From an uncultured Pirellulales bacterium (GTDB taxonomy: Bacteria > Planctomycetota > Phycisphaerae > Sedimentisphaerales > Anaerobacaceae), in NCBI GenBank assembly GCA_964537355.1, contig CAZIAN010000001.1, positions 9,874 through 43,637 of the forward strand: DNA of 33,764 bases, read 5' to 3'. The position numbers and the translations under genes were made by a program. Under the pieces are notes generated by a model that saw nothing but the letters and a program-made list of their open reading frames with translations, had not been told where the DNA came from and did no database searches. Positions 21,373-30,389 of the stretch are shown here, piece after piece (position 1 is the stretch's first letter; each line of letters begins with the position of its first letter).

Positions 21373-22083
21373 TTACTCCTTAATCGCAAAGCCGAATAAA
21401 AGCCAGCATGCAACAACAAATACGGCGTCAAAGACAATCATATATCCTACTGCCGATCCGAAAGTGCCCACAAAGGCGAGTGCCCCGGTCCCTGCCATTT
21501 CCGGCGGGATTGCACCGAAAACAAGCAGAAGGGCAAAGGTGGCCGGTATCATCATTGGCATAAGTATGACAAGAACTAAAATACTGAGCAATGCCCCTCG
21601 TGCCCTGCTGAGCTGAACAATCGCCGAAAACAATGTTCCGACGCTCGATATGGCAAAATTCCCCAGTAATAATACACCAATCAAAGCAGGCCAGTTGTTG
21701 ACATTTAGTCTGAATGCGACAATAACAACCGGGATGATTATTATCTCAAAGATGCAAAGCAAAACTACATTAACAAACAGTTTTGCCAGGTAAATTGTTC
21801 CTTCGTCAACAGGAGCCAGCAGCAAGGCGTAAATACAGTCCTGCTGCTGTTCGGTTGCGAATGATCTTTCTTGTGCCAGAAGGCCGGCGAATAGAAACGC
21901 TATCCAAAGTGCGACCGGGCCGATGACAGCCTCGCTTTGCAGCACAGCCTCTGAAGCCATTCGCAGAACCCAGACTATCAACATGCCAAGGACTATCATT
22001 GTAGGCAGTACCTGTTTAGCTCGCAGCTCTGTGACAATATCTTTGATAAAAATGGCTTTTAAGCTGAGCCAGAAATATCTCAT
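21373..22083 (-). CDS. ccmB: Heme exporter permease CcmB
   Basis: 236-aa polytopic membrane protein. Its start overlaps the ccmA stop by 4 nt, and it sits between ccmA and ccmC. Confidence 0.75.
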   Translation of the reverse strand: MRYFWLSLKAIFIKDIVTELRAKQVLPTMIVLGMLIVWVLRMASEAVLQSEAVIGPVALWIAFLFAGLLAQERSFATEQQQDCIYALLLAPVDEGTIYLAKLFVNVVLLCIFEIIIIPVVIVAFRLNVNNWPALIGVLLLGNFAISSVGTLFSAIVQLSRARGALLSILVLVILMPMMIPATFALLLVFGAIPPEMAGTGALAFVGTFGSAVGYMIVFDAVFVVACWLLFGFAIKE

Positions 22084-22811
22084 GTTTCGCTCCTGGCATA
22101 GCTTATATAATCTTTCAAAAACCTTGCCGTTTCAATATTGCTTGTCTTGGCGTCAAATATCAGGTTCGACTTGTCCAAAACCACCACGCGATTGCAGCAC
22201 TTGAGGCCGATATCTATGTCATGAGTTGTCATAACAATTGTACCGCCATTATTCGTGAATTCGGTTAAAACAGTGATAAGATGATGACAGGCTTTGGCAT
22301 CCAGGCCGGTAAAAGGCTCATCCGCCAGCAATAAAGCCGGCTGATGTACCATGGCTCGTGCAATAGCTAAACGTTGAAGGAGCCCGCGGGAAAGGATGCT
22401 GGCTGTGTCATATCTATAGGAAAAAAGCCCAACATCCTGTAGTAATTCCGTTATGTAGGTGTCACTGTCTTTTACGCCGTAGAGCCTCGCAAAAAAAGAA
22501 AGATTTTCAAGAACTGTCAGTTCGGGATATACCATGCTTTTGTGAGAAATCATCCCAAATTGTGATTTAGCTTTTTCAGGGTCCTTTCGAATATTGTATC
22601 CGCAAAGCTTAACGGAGCCATTGTCAGGCTGCAAGAGGCCGGCGATGATACGAAGAAGCGTGGTTTTACCCGCCCCATTGATACCGCAAATAAGAACCGC
22701 CTGCCCCGTATCTATGTCAATAGCAATATCTCTCAACACATTCCGTGTATCAAAAGCTTTGCTGACCGATTTAACATTTATAACCATGTCATTCATATCT
22801 TGCAGCAACAC
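22080..22811 (-). CDS. ccmA: Heme exporter ABC ATPase CcmA
   Basis: Walker A GINGAGKTT, signature-like LSRGLLQR, Walker B LLLADEP, H-loop TTHD. The start is uncertain: GTG at 22811, or ATG at 22796 or 22787. Confidence 0.8.
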   Translation of the reverse strand: MLLQDMNDMVINVKSVSKAFDTRNVLRDIAIDIDTGQAVLICGINGAGKTTLLRIIAGLLQPDNGSVKLCGYNIRKDPEKAKSQFGMISHKSMVYPELTVLENLSFFARLYGVKDSDTYITELLQDVGLFSYRYDTASILSRGLLQRLAIARAMVHQPALLLADEPFTGLDAKACHHLITVLTEFTNNGGTIVMTTHDIDIGLKCCNRVVVLDKSNLIFDAKTSNIETARFLKDYISYARSET

Positions 22812-22866
22812 AGGCCTTGTTATATAAAATCATCACAAAGTGATTTAAATATTCATAAAATCCCAC

Positions 22867-23847
22867 TCAGCTTTTTTGGCTACGTAGCCGCCAAAGCACC
22901 AGCATAGCCATCATAGCAAATACCACACACAAAATAATCAAGACTCTGCTATTGGACTTTTTGACAATGAACCCGACAACCTGGAATTTTATCTGTTCAC
23001 CGGCCTTTACCGCAGGGACACTAAAATACTCGACCAAACTGCCATCAGCAGATTTCATCTCCCCCTTTGAATCGCCAAGACCTTTTACTTGCCCTTTATC
23101 CAATAACGAAAAAAACATAAATTCAGATGTAGGCAGACTTATCTTTTTTACGATGTCGATGGTTTCTGAATCAATTTCCAGACTATACGAGAATTCAGCA
23201 TCATACTGCCCGGGGGGAATAGCCATAGTATCGTAGAAACCATCTTTTGTAATAACCAGGGCGTTTTCCTGAAAATATCTCGAAAAGGTCAGATCCTTAA
23301 ATCCTACCGGAAGCATTACTTCTATAACTTTAGTTTTGTCATTTTCATCTTTTTCTACTGAAGTTATCGCCATATCCGAACTGTTATCGAGTCGCATGTA
23401 TTCTGTTATTCGAAGAGAATCAGCTTCAACCTTAATAATAAAATGGTGGACAGTGACGGACAGCTTTGATCTGTCAGTTGAAACCTCATAAACTTCAACA
23501 TGACCGTTAAAAACGGTTTGTCCCGGCTTAAGCACAACAGGGTGTCCGTTAAACATCATGTTCTGGTGTTGTACTCTTGGCAGGGCTGTTATGTTGTTGC
23601 CTGTTGGAACATTTTCAAAAACAGCCTTGCCTTGAGAATCAATGTTACCTTTTAGAGTTTGTGTCGGTTTTCCCAGCTCGAATATGGTTACCAAAACTTC
23701 ATCATTCACAGTGACGGTACCGTTGGCTGTGCTGTTTGTTACATTTATGGTGAGCGTTGTTTGTCTCTGTGTGTCAGTGGTTTGGCTTAAAAGAGGTGAC
23801 GCCGCGAACAATGACGTCAATATTGATATCATCAGGAAATGTTTCAC
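22867..23847 (-). CDS. Uncharacterised exported protein with a C-terminal TM anchor, embedded in the ccm operon
   Basis: GTG start at 23847 (alternative ATG at 23832). Signal peptide ...LFAASPLLSQ. The N-terminal segment resembles a carboxypeptidase-regulatory/Ig-like beta-sandwich (LTINVTN...GKAVFENVPTG). C-terminal anchor VLIILCVVFAMMAMLVLWRLR. No CXXC and no His-rich motif. Confidence 0.7.
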   Translation of the reverse strand: MKHFLMISILTSLFAASPLLSQTTDTQRQTTLTINVTNSTANGTVTVNDEVLVTIFELGKPTQTLKGNIDSQGKAVFENVPTGNNITALPRVQHQNMMFNGHPVVLKPGQTVFNGHVEVYEVSTDRSKLSVTVHHFIIKVEADSLRITEYMRLDNSSDMAITSVEKDENDKTKVIEVMLPVGFKDLTFSRYFQENALVITKDGFYDTMAIPPGQYDAEFSYSLEIDSETIDIVKKISLPTSEFMFFSLLDKGQVKGLGDSKGEMKSADGSLVEYFSVPAVKAGEQIKFQVVGFIVKKSNSRVLIILCVVFAMMAMLVLWRLRSQKS

Positions 23848-23854
23848 GATGTTT

Positions 23855-23953
23855 TTACCGTTCCTTTTCTTTGGTCTGGGTTTGTTTTGTAAGGAGAGGC
23901 AGAATTACAAACAGCACACATACTCCTAATAGTATCCATTTCAAATAGTCCAT
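23855..23953 (-). CDS. Candidate 32-aa single-TM micro-protein between ccmF and the 326-aa gene
   Basis: Hand translation: MDYLKWILLGVCVLFVILPLLTKQTQTKEKER. GAAGGA (overlapping the ccmF stop) lies 7 nt upstream of the ATG at 23953. The stop TAA lies 7 nt before the GTG of the next gene. Hydrophobic core plus a basic tail. Confidence 0.45.
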   Translation of the reverse strand: MDYLKWILLGVCVLFVILPLLTKQTQTKEKER

Positions 23954-23965
23954 TTTTAAGTCCTT

Positions 23966-25984
23966 CTAATTATCTTTTGCTGTTATTGCTTTTTGTTTAA
24001 ATGACGAAAACAAAACAGCTAAAGTACCCAAAACCATAACAAAACTTCCAATCCATATCCAGTTTATTAATGGCTTTATCATGATATGAAGATTTATCAG
24101 CTTCCGGCTGTTGTCAACTTCAGTAAGAGCCAGATAAAGGTCACCTGCGAGCGTTCTTCTAATATCAATCTCGCTGACGTTTTTCTTGCTTGCGCTGTAA
24201 AACGCCTTGGCCGGTTTTAATTGAGCAATCAATTTCTCGCCCTTGTGGACTGAAATATCTGCTGCCAGGGCGGTAAAGTTTCGGCCTTGTTCGACATTGA
24301 GGTCATTGAAGGTCAACTCGTATCCGGCTATATTGGTTTTATCGCCGATTCTCATTGCGGCTGTCTTATCCATATCATAGCCGCCGGAACCTGCAATGCC
24401 GATAAACATAACTGCAACACCCAGATGGACAATCCTTGCGCCATACCATCTAAGATTTCGAGGTGATTTTTTCGCTTTATAACCGACAAAATCAGCCAGA
24501 AGATTCACCAGCACAAAACCGCTTAAAATAAAACATGGTATTGCGGGTGACCCGCTTAAAAGCCATCGTCCCCACCATCCGATGGCTTCGGATATACCAC
24601 TCGGACGTGCTGAGTCCAGTGAACACGTAAACAACCAGACTGTCACCACTGCGGCAAGCGCGATAACTCCCAAAATGATACGCCAGCTTTTATTAAGGCC
24701 ATTTCTAATAAGATGCGGGCAAAGGCCAATGAGCAAAAGCAAAAACAACCCGCCGGGAGCTGTAATCTTTGTAAAGAATTCTGGGGCAAGGGTGACGGGG
24801 GCTCGCGAGGTCCCGGCTTGTGTAGATAGGCTCTCAATAATTTTTATAAACACCTTGCTTAAGAACGGAAATAGTGTTCCTACGAATATCACCAGGGCCA
24901 GCAGCAGCAACAGCCAGTTGTTAAGAATTACAAATCGGTGGCTGGGTATCCCGGCGTTCGGCGGTTCCTTTTTTTTGCGCATATAATTACGCAAAATGAG
25001 TACCCCTGCTATTACCCACACTTGTATCAGCAATACGACGTGCAAAATACCAAGACCGGGATTCGGAAACGCATGGACACTGGAAACAAGTCCATATTTT
25101 GTAAGAAATCTGCCGAAAACACATAAACTGAACGTAAGGATACTAAGCAGCACTGTCCATGTTGCAATTGAAGAACGCCGGTTGTACATTCTGAAACAAT
25201 GGAGTAATGCGGTCGCTGTAAGCCAGGGTATCAGTGAGGAATTTTCTACAGGATCCCACGCCCAATAACCTCCCCAGCCAAGCTCTTCATACGCCCACCA
25301 GGCGCCTAATACAATGCCGGCTGTCAAAAACAACCAGGCAAACATTGCCCACCTCTGGGCCTGTTTAAGAAGTGGCAGAGCGTTTTCTTCGTCAGCCGTT
25401 TTTAGCCGGCCAAAGGCCCATGCAAAAGTTATCATAAAACCCGCATAGCCGACAAAAAGAATCGGGGGATGCAAAACCATCGCAGGGTGCTGCAATAAAG
25501 GATTAAGACCTGCACCGTCGGCTGGTGAAGCAGTCGTATATAATTCAAAGGGATTTTTGTCTTTGTTCAAAATAATAAGAAAAAAAACACTGACCAGATT
25601 GGCTATCATACGGGCATTTGCAGAAAAACTTCTGTGTTTAAATTCAGATTTGCAATATACTATAACCAGAAATACGGCCTGGAACCATAACCACAGCAGT
25701 AACGAACCGGCAGAGCCCGCCCATAACGCGCTTATTTTGTATGGAAAAGGCAGCGCCCTGGAAGTATGCTCAGCGACATAAATTACGGCGAAGTCACTCT
25801 TGACCAACAGTATCCACAGAGCAATCATAGCCACACTTAGACAAGCCATGTATGCAACAGTCGCATTGCGAGCACTTTTGATCAAACCCGTGTCTTGGCG
25901 AAATGAACCTAACAGGTCAATTACAACCGCATAGCCGCTTAAAAAAAGCGCAAGTAAGAGAGCGAAATTTCCAAGTCCTGCCAT
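23966..25984 (-). CDS. ccmF: Cytochrome c heme lyase subunit CcmF
   Basis: 672-aa polytopic protein with the canonical WWD motif WGGYWAWDPVENSSLIPWL. It starts 4 nt after the ccmE stop. Confidence 0.9.
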   Translation of the reverse strand: MAGLGNFALLLALFLSGYAVVIDLLGSFRQDTGLIKSARNATVAYMACLSVAMIALWILLVKSDFAVIYVAEHTSRALPFPYKISALWAGSAGSLLLWLWFQAVFLVIVYCKSEFKHRSFSANARMIANLVSVFFLIILNKDKNPFELYTTASPADGAGLNPLLQHPAMVLHPPILFVGYAGFMITFAWAFGRLKTADEENALPLLKQAQRWAMFAWLFLTAGIVLGAWWAYEELGWGGYWAWDPVENSSLIPWLTATALLHCFRMYNRRSSIATWTVLLSILTFSLCVFGRFLTKYGLVSSVHAFPNPGLGILHVVLLIQVWVIAGVLILRNYMRKKKEPPNAGIPSHRFVILNNWLLLLLALVIFVGTLFPFLSKVFIKIIESLSTQAGTSRAPVTLAPEFFTKITAPGGLFLLLLIGLCPHLIRNGLNKSWRIILGVIALAAVVTVWLFTCSLDSARPSGISEAIGWWGRWLLSGSPAIPCFILSGFVLVNLLADFVGYKAKKSPRNLRWYGARIVHLGVAVMFIGIAGSGGYDMDKTAAMRIGDKTNIAGYELTFNDLNVEQGRNFTALAADISVHKGEKLIAQLKPAKAFYSASKKNVSEIDIRRTLAGDLYLALTEVDNSRKLINLHIMIKPLINWIWIGSFVMVLGTLAVLFSSFKQKAITAKDN

Positions 25985-25988
25985 ATTT

Positions 25989-26387
25989 TTACTCCACTTT
26001 TGCCTTGTATTTTGATTCGCATTTTGTCATGAGGGTCTTGGCCTTAAAGGATTTGTTTTCGTCCAGCCTGCCTTCAACTACCACTTCAATGTCATCGGTA
26101 AAATTGTCCGGAACAGTTCCTTCATAAATTACTGGAATCTCTGTTTTGGTTCCGGCCAGAGTAAAGGTCAGGTTCATTTTCTGTAAATCACGATTCACGC
26201 TTCCAGGCTTGACTCTGCCGGCGATTCTGAATGAATAGTTATTCATATCAGAAATGTTGGCTGAGAATTCATCCACGGAATAATAATACGACCACGATGA
26301 CTGCATTGCCTGGAATGTGAAATAACCCAGGCCGCCCCCGATGACAGTTACACCTATCAGAATTTTCAAAATCATTTTTGTTTTCAT
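25989..26387 (-). CDS. ccmE: Heme chaperone CcmE, Cys variant (CxxxY instead of HxxxY)
   Basis: 132 aa. N-terminal membrane anchor ILKILIGVTVIGGGLGYF. OB-fold-sized body (FRIAGRVKPGSV...VVVEGRL). C-terminal TKCESKY, with Cys123 at 26019..26021 (TGC) and Tyr127 at 26007..26009 (TAC). Confidence 0.85.
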   Translation of the reverse strand: MKTKMILKILIGVTVIGGGLGYFTFQAMQSSWSYYYSVDEFSANISDMNNYSFRIAGRVKPGSVNRDLQKMNLTFTLAGTKTEIPVIYEGTVPDNFTDDIEVVVEGRLDENKSFKAKTLMTKCESKYKAKVE

Positions 26388-26607
26388 TGGTTCACCTATA
26401 CTATTAATTTTTCAAACTATTTGTACTAAATTATGTAGCAAATCAACCTGAGATTTATATTCCATTATTATATTTTTGAGAAATGGGTTCAATATTGGTT
26501 CGGTGAAATGTTTTCATTATGAAAGGTCAGATTATATCGACCACTAAATACCCCCGGAATTATAAATTGCAGGCGTCTAGTCAGCAAAGTCTAATATAAG
26601 CCCATTA

Positions 26608-27660
26608 TCACCTGAGGTCATTAATATTCAACTCCTTGTCAAAGACCAGTGTCAATGCCCGGTAATAAGTAAGCATCGCTTTTTCCACTTCTCCCCGAGC
26701 CTGATAAATCTGGCCTAATTCATAAAACGCCCTGCCGGACTTTGGATTCAGCTTTGTTGCTTCAAGAAGTAGCTTTTCTGCTTCTTCAAAATTACTCATT
26801 TGTCGATTTGCCCAGCCGGTTATGAGCAGCAACTTTGACTTCTCGATATATCCTCTGGTCTGAACTCCATCAAGTATTTCCAAAGCGGATTTACCCTGGC
26901 CTATAGAACATAAAAGGTTGCCGATTTCCAGAGCCAGTTCGACAGAATTAGGATCGAGTTCCCTGGCTTGTTTCATTTGGGTGATAGCTGATTCAATTTG
27001 TCCCCTCCCCTGCAGCATCTTTGCCATTTGAAGGTGTCTTTTAACTCGTGCTGCAACTGTAGCGTTAGTTACGGTTTTTACCTGACCTGCATTATTAGGA
27101 TCTATCTCCTGAGCTATCCCCAGTGCCTGATTCAATCGAGCATGTATTACTGGTTCGAAATTGTACCCGTGACCTGCTTCCACCCAAAGTACTTTGTCCT
27201 TATCATCTGAAATTATCACGGTTGGTGTTGCGATTATGCCAAATTTCCCCCATAACTTGTATTCTTTGTCCTTAACTACGTGAACAAAAGAGAAAAGTTC
27301 ATTTGGGTCTGATTCGTTGGGAAATGACTTAAAAAATGTTTGACTGTTGGGGTCATCGATGACGATTACAACACTCAGGCTGTCTTGCTGACCAGTCAAG
27401 TTGCAAATAATTTTTTCTAATTCTTTTGTAGCTCGTGTTGAATTTTTATGTTTGGCGGATAAGAAAGCCACCATCAGCACTTTTTTGTTACCATGTTTAT
27501 AATCGAAGAGTTTACCAGAGACGTCTAATGCTGAAAACTCCGGCATTTTGTTGCCAATGTCGATTCTGCGTCCGGCACAGTTTGCTTTATGACCCTGCAG
27601 AAACGAACAGATCATAACAATATAAATAACATAAAAGGTTGTTTTACGATTCATTATCAT
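26608..27660 (-). CDS. Exported thioredoxin-fold (TlpA/CcmG-like) domain lacking the CXXC motif, fused to TPR repeats (CcmI-like)
   Basis: N-terminal hydrophobic signal/anchor. Redoxin-like GNKMPEFSALDVSGK...KKVLMVAFLSAKHKNS...GIIATPTVIISDDKDKV, with AKHKNS where WCxxC is expected. The C-terminal ~150 aa carries TPR-like repeats (A..YYRAL, G..AFYELGQIY). Confidence 0.7.
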   Translation of the reverse strand: MIMNRKTTFYVIYIVMICSFLQGHKANCAGRRIDIGNKMPEFSALDVSGKLFDYKHGNKKVLMVAFLSAKHKNSTRATKELEKIICNLTGQQDSLSVVIVIDDPNSQTFFKSFPNESDPNELFSFVHVVKDKEYKLWGKFGIIATPTVIISDDKDKVLWVEAGHGYNFEPVIHARLNQALGIAQEIDPNNAGQVKTVTNATVAARVKRHLQMAKMLQGRGQIESAITQMKQARELDPNSVELALEIGNLLCSIGQGKSALEILDGVQTRGYIEKSKLLLITGWANRQMSNFEEAEKLLLEATKLNPKSGRAFYELGQIYQARGEVEKAMLTYYRALTLVFDKELNINDLR

Positions 27661-27718
27661 TATATTTATATCAGCTTTCTATATATCTGAACTCGGTTTT
27701 TAAGCTCCACTGTCTACG

Positions 27719-29056
27719 CTACGGGGCGGAATAATCCACGGCTTTTTCTCTATCATAATCCTTCGGTAAATGACAACCGGGTGCGCAACGGCCTCCAGTT
27801 TCTGTCTTTGAGAAGCCAACCGGCAGCTCCCACATTCCGTATGGCACACTCTTGCGAATATGTTTTGGAAGGTCGCTCGCGTGTGTCTGATGGCAGGCTC
27901 GGCACGTCCTTCCACGACGTTCCTTGTTAACGTGTAAAAAGTGCAGGTTAGTACTTCCGTTTCTAAAGTCTGTGAGAGTATTTGTTTCCGGCGTCCATAC
28001 AAGGTCCTTCGAGTGACAACCGAAACAAAGCTCATAATTCTGTTCCGAAAACGGAGCGTAAAATATCGGTGGATATTCTTTCGCCAGGAGTCTGAAATAT
28101 TTGCTACCGTGGGTGACATGACATCCACTGCAATCACCGTCTTTGACGGGGCCGTGAAGATATTTCTTATCTTTGATCTGGTCTGTGAAAGCAGGCAGAA
28201 CTTCATCTTTGGTTATTTGCTGTGGTTTATCATGACAGGTCATGCAAATCGTTTTCGGATCGCTTTTCAGCAGGAATTTGACTGACGAGGCATGTGGAGT
28301 ATGACATTTCAGACAACCGTCTATATCAGAGACAACGCTATGCTGGTACATGGAGTTTTCAGCAACATTCTGTATATCCTTATGACAAGTGTAACAAAGA
28401 TAGGGTGCGAAATCTTTAACCATCTTTGGATTACTGGCGCCATGAGGATTATGGCAGCCGATGCAGTCGTTCTTTGCCGGCTCGTGAACAAACTCATATT
28501 TTTTTAACTCGTCTTGTGTTACAACATGGCAGGAAAAACAAAGCTCGGAGGGTTCGGCAACCAGTAAACTTTTATGGTCTGAACTGTGAGAATTGTGACA
28601 GATTGTACATTCACCGACCGCTGTTGGCCCATGTAGATATTGAAATCCTTCGGTAATTTTATGGCAGTTGCTGCACAGAGCAGCGACGTTTTTTTCCAGA
28701 AGCAGGGATTTATTATCACTACTGTGAGGGTCATGGCATTGAATACAGTCACCCGTCTTAAGGGGCTCATGAACGACCTCTTTGCTTGTTTGTTCCAAAT
28801 GACAGTATTCGCATAGGTCTTTGCCCTGACGCACAAACTCATAGGTATGTTCTTCCGGTTTCAATGGTTTGTGGCACGCTTTACAGTCACCAAGTCCCAC
28901 CGGTCCGTGTACGAAAGCTTTTGTGCCGTAGTCGGCATGACATTCTCCTGTAACGCATGTTTTTTGTGGCGTAGTTGGTTTTTCCACTGCAAGTACGTTG
29001 GAAACCAAAATAAAACTCAGCACAACAACTAATTTCTTACCATATTTGCTAAACAT
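27719..29056 (-). CDS. Periplasmic multiheme cytochrome c (13 CXXCH + CX4CH + CX3CH; c7/c3-type repeats)
   Basis: The ATG at 29056 follows GGAAGGTGGG. Signal peptide MFSKYGKKLVVVLSFILVSNVLA. 13 CXXCH motifs counted by hand, six of them as CxxCHxxH. In addition CVTGECH (28937..28957) and CAPGCH (27770..27787). Confidence 0.9.
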   Translation of the reverse strand: MFSKYGKKLVVVLSFILVSNVLAVEKPTTPQKTCVTGECHADYGTKAFVHGPVGLGDCKACHKPLKPEEHTYEFVRQGKDLCEYCHLEQTSKEVVHEPLKTGDCIQCHDPHSSDNKSLLLEKNVAALCSNCHKITEGFQYLHGPTAVGECTICHNSHSSDHKSLLVAEPSELCFSCHVVTQDELKKYEFVHEPAKNDCIGCHNPHGASNPKMVKDFAPYLCYTCHKDIQNVAENSMYQHSVVSDIDGCLKCHTPHASSVKFLLKSDPKTICMTCHDKPQQITKDEVLPAFTDQIKDKKYLHGPVKDGDCSGCHVTHGSKYFRLLAKEYPPIFYAPFSEQNYELCFGCHSKDLVWTPETNTLTDFRNGSTNLHFLHVNKERRGRTCRACHQTHASDLPKHIRKSVPYGMWELPVGFSKTETGGRCAPGCHLPKDYDREKAVDYSAP

Positions 29057-29205
29057 TGTCCCACCTTCCATTCTTTTTTATAAATTCAAGTTGAAGTGGC
29101 ATCGTTACGCCACACATCAGTACCGAATACCGTACAAAAAAGCTTCCAAAATAGTATCTGCTGTTTTTCATATATTTTCCGTTTTCCGACTCTTAACAAT
29201 TTATC

Positions 29206-30381
29206 TTAATTCGCTGCTTTGGAACTCGAAGCTTGTCGCCTGTAAAGAAGGACCATTGTCCCGGAAGCGGAGCTATGGTGCTTTGGTTTGTTAAGTTCCA
29301 AAACTAACTGTTTCCTGGTTTCACTTTCCTCAATACTCGCAATAATAGCAGGAGAGAGCAACTCTTCTGAACCTTTCTTCCAGTCATTTTTAATATTCGC
29401 ACTGTTGGAAAAATCCTCGATGCTGAAAGTGTATGTTTTCTGAGCAAAAGGATATTCATTTTTTAGTTTGGCTTTTTCGGCATGTTTTTTGCCGTCCTTG
29501 GAATAAAACAACCATGGTTCGGAGCCTTGTGCGGTCACAAAAACATAATTTCCCTGTGTGGTTCCTATATCAAAATCAGTAAACTGAACACGAAGCGGAA
29601 GATCCTTTTTCATATGTGGAGATGACGGGAACTTCGACCAAAGCCACTGTTCATAATTATCATTGCCGTTATCAAGATTAATCTTAATCGCAGGATTGAC
29701 AGGTTTATTTGACATATTGGTCACTTTTTTTGTTGTGGTATCGATCGAATAATGCGGCAAATATTCCAGAATCTTCAGTTTATAATCGCTTATGGGTAAG
29801 GTTATCGTATCTCCTGCATTAGCGACATATTCAAGTGGCTTATTTGTGTCATTGCCCCAGACCGATACAATGCCGATTGACTTGCCGGAGGTTAGTTCTC
29901 GCATGATCTTTTCGATTCCTTCGGAACTGTGGAGTTTAACGATTTTAATACCTCCGATTTGTGATGATATCGACTGTTTGGCTGGATCTGCTGAACTCAG
30001 CCAGATATCCTGATTGAGGTTTTCGCCCTTTGCCTTTATTTGTACTACTGCCCCCCCTTTAGGATCTTCTACTATGGAAGTCTCCCACTTTAGATCTGGT
30101 AAATACTGCATGAGTCTGATTTTAATTGGTGAGCCCATTAACGGTAGAGCCTTATCAAGCATGGTTGTCTTGTTCTCGTTGGGGACTTTTACCGGGAACC
30201 GCATCATAGACCCGTCCATACCATTTTGAACCACTATTTCCCATGGCCCGCTTAACATTGCCTGCCGCATTTCTGGGGAATAACCGTAAGCTCGGCTCGA
30301 AAATACTGAGAGGCCTGCGATCACAAGGATAACAATATTGATAACACTTGCATGTGCTCTTAATTTAATAATACTTTTCAT
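29206..30381 (-). CDS. Uncharacterised cysteine-free exported or membrane-anchored protein between the two cytochrome genes
   Basis: The ATG at 30381 lies 8 nt after the stop of the upstream cytochrome gene. N-terminal hydrophobic segment INIVILVIAGLSVFSS. Beta-rich. A recurring motif appears four times: IKIRLMQYLPDL, YKLKILEYLPHY, LRVQFTDFDIGT, YTFSIEDFSNSA. No Cys residues. Confidence 0.7.
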   Translation of the reverse strand: MKSIIKLRAHASVINIVILVIAGLSVFSSRAYGYSPEMRQAMLSGPWEIVVQNGMDGSMMRFPVKVPNENKTTMLDKALPLMGSPIKIRLMQYLPDLKWETSIVEDPKGGAVVQIKAKGENLNQDIWLSSADPAKQSISSQIGGIKIVKLHSSEGIEKIMRELTSGKSIGIVSVWGNDTNKPLEYVANAGDTITLPISDYKLKILEYLPHYSIDTTTKKVTNMSNKPVNPAIKINLDNGNDNYEQWLWSKFPSSPHMKKDLPLRVQFTDFDIGTTQGNYVFVTAQGSEPWLFYSKDGKKHAEKAKLKNEYPFAQKTYTFSIEDFSNSANIKNDWKKGSEELLSPAIIASIEESETRKQLVLELNKPKHHSSASGTMVLLYRRQASSSKAAN

Positions 30382-30389
30382 AATCGGTC

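Noticed and set aside
27700-28206. 168-aa minus-strand ORF overlapping the 3' part of the multiheme cytochrome gene.
   Set aside because: It is an alternative frame of a CDS that contains 13 in-frame CXXCH motifs. It is spurious.
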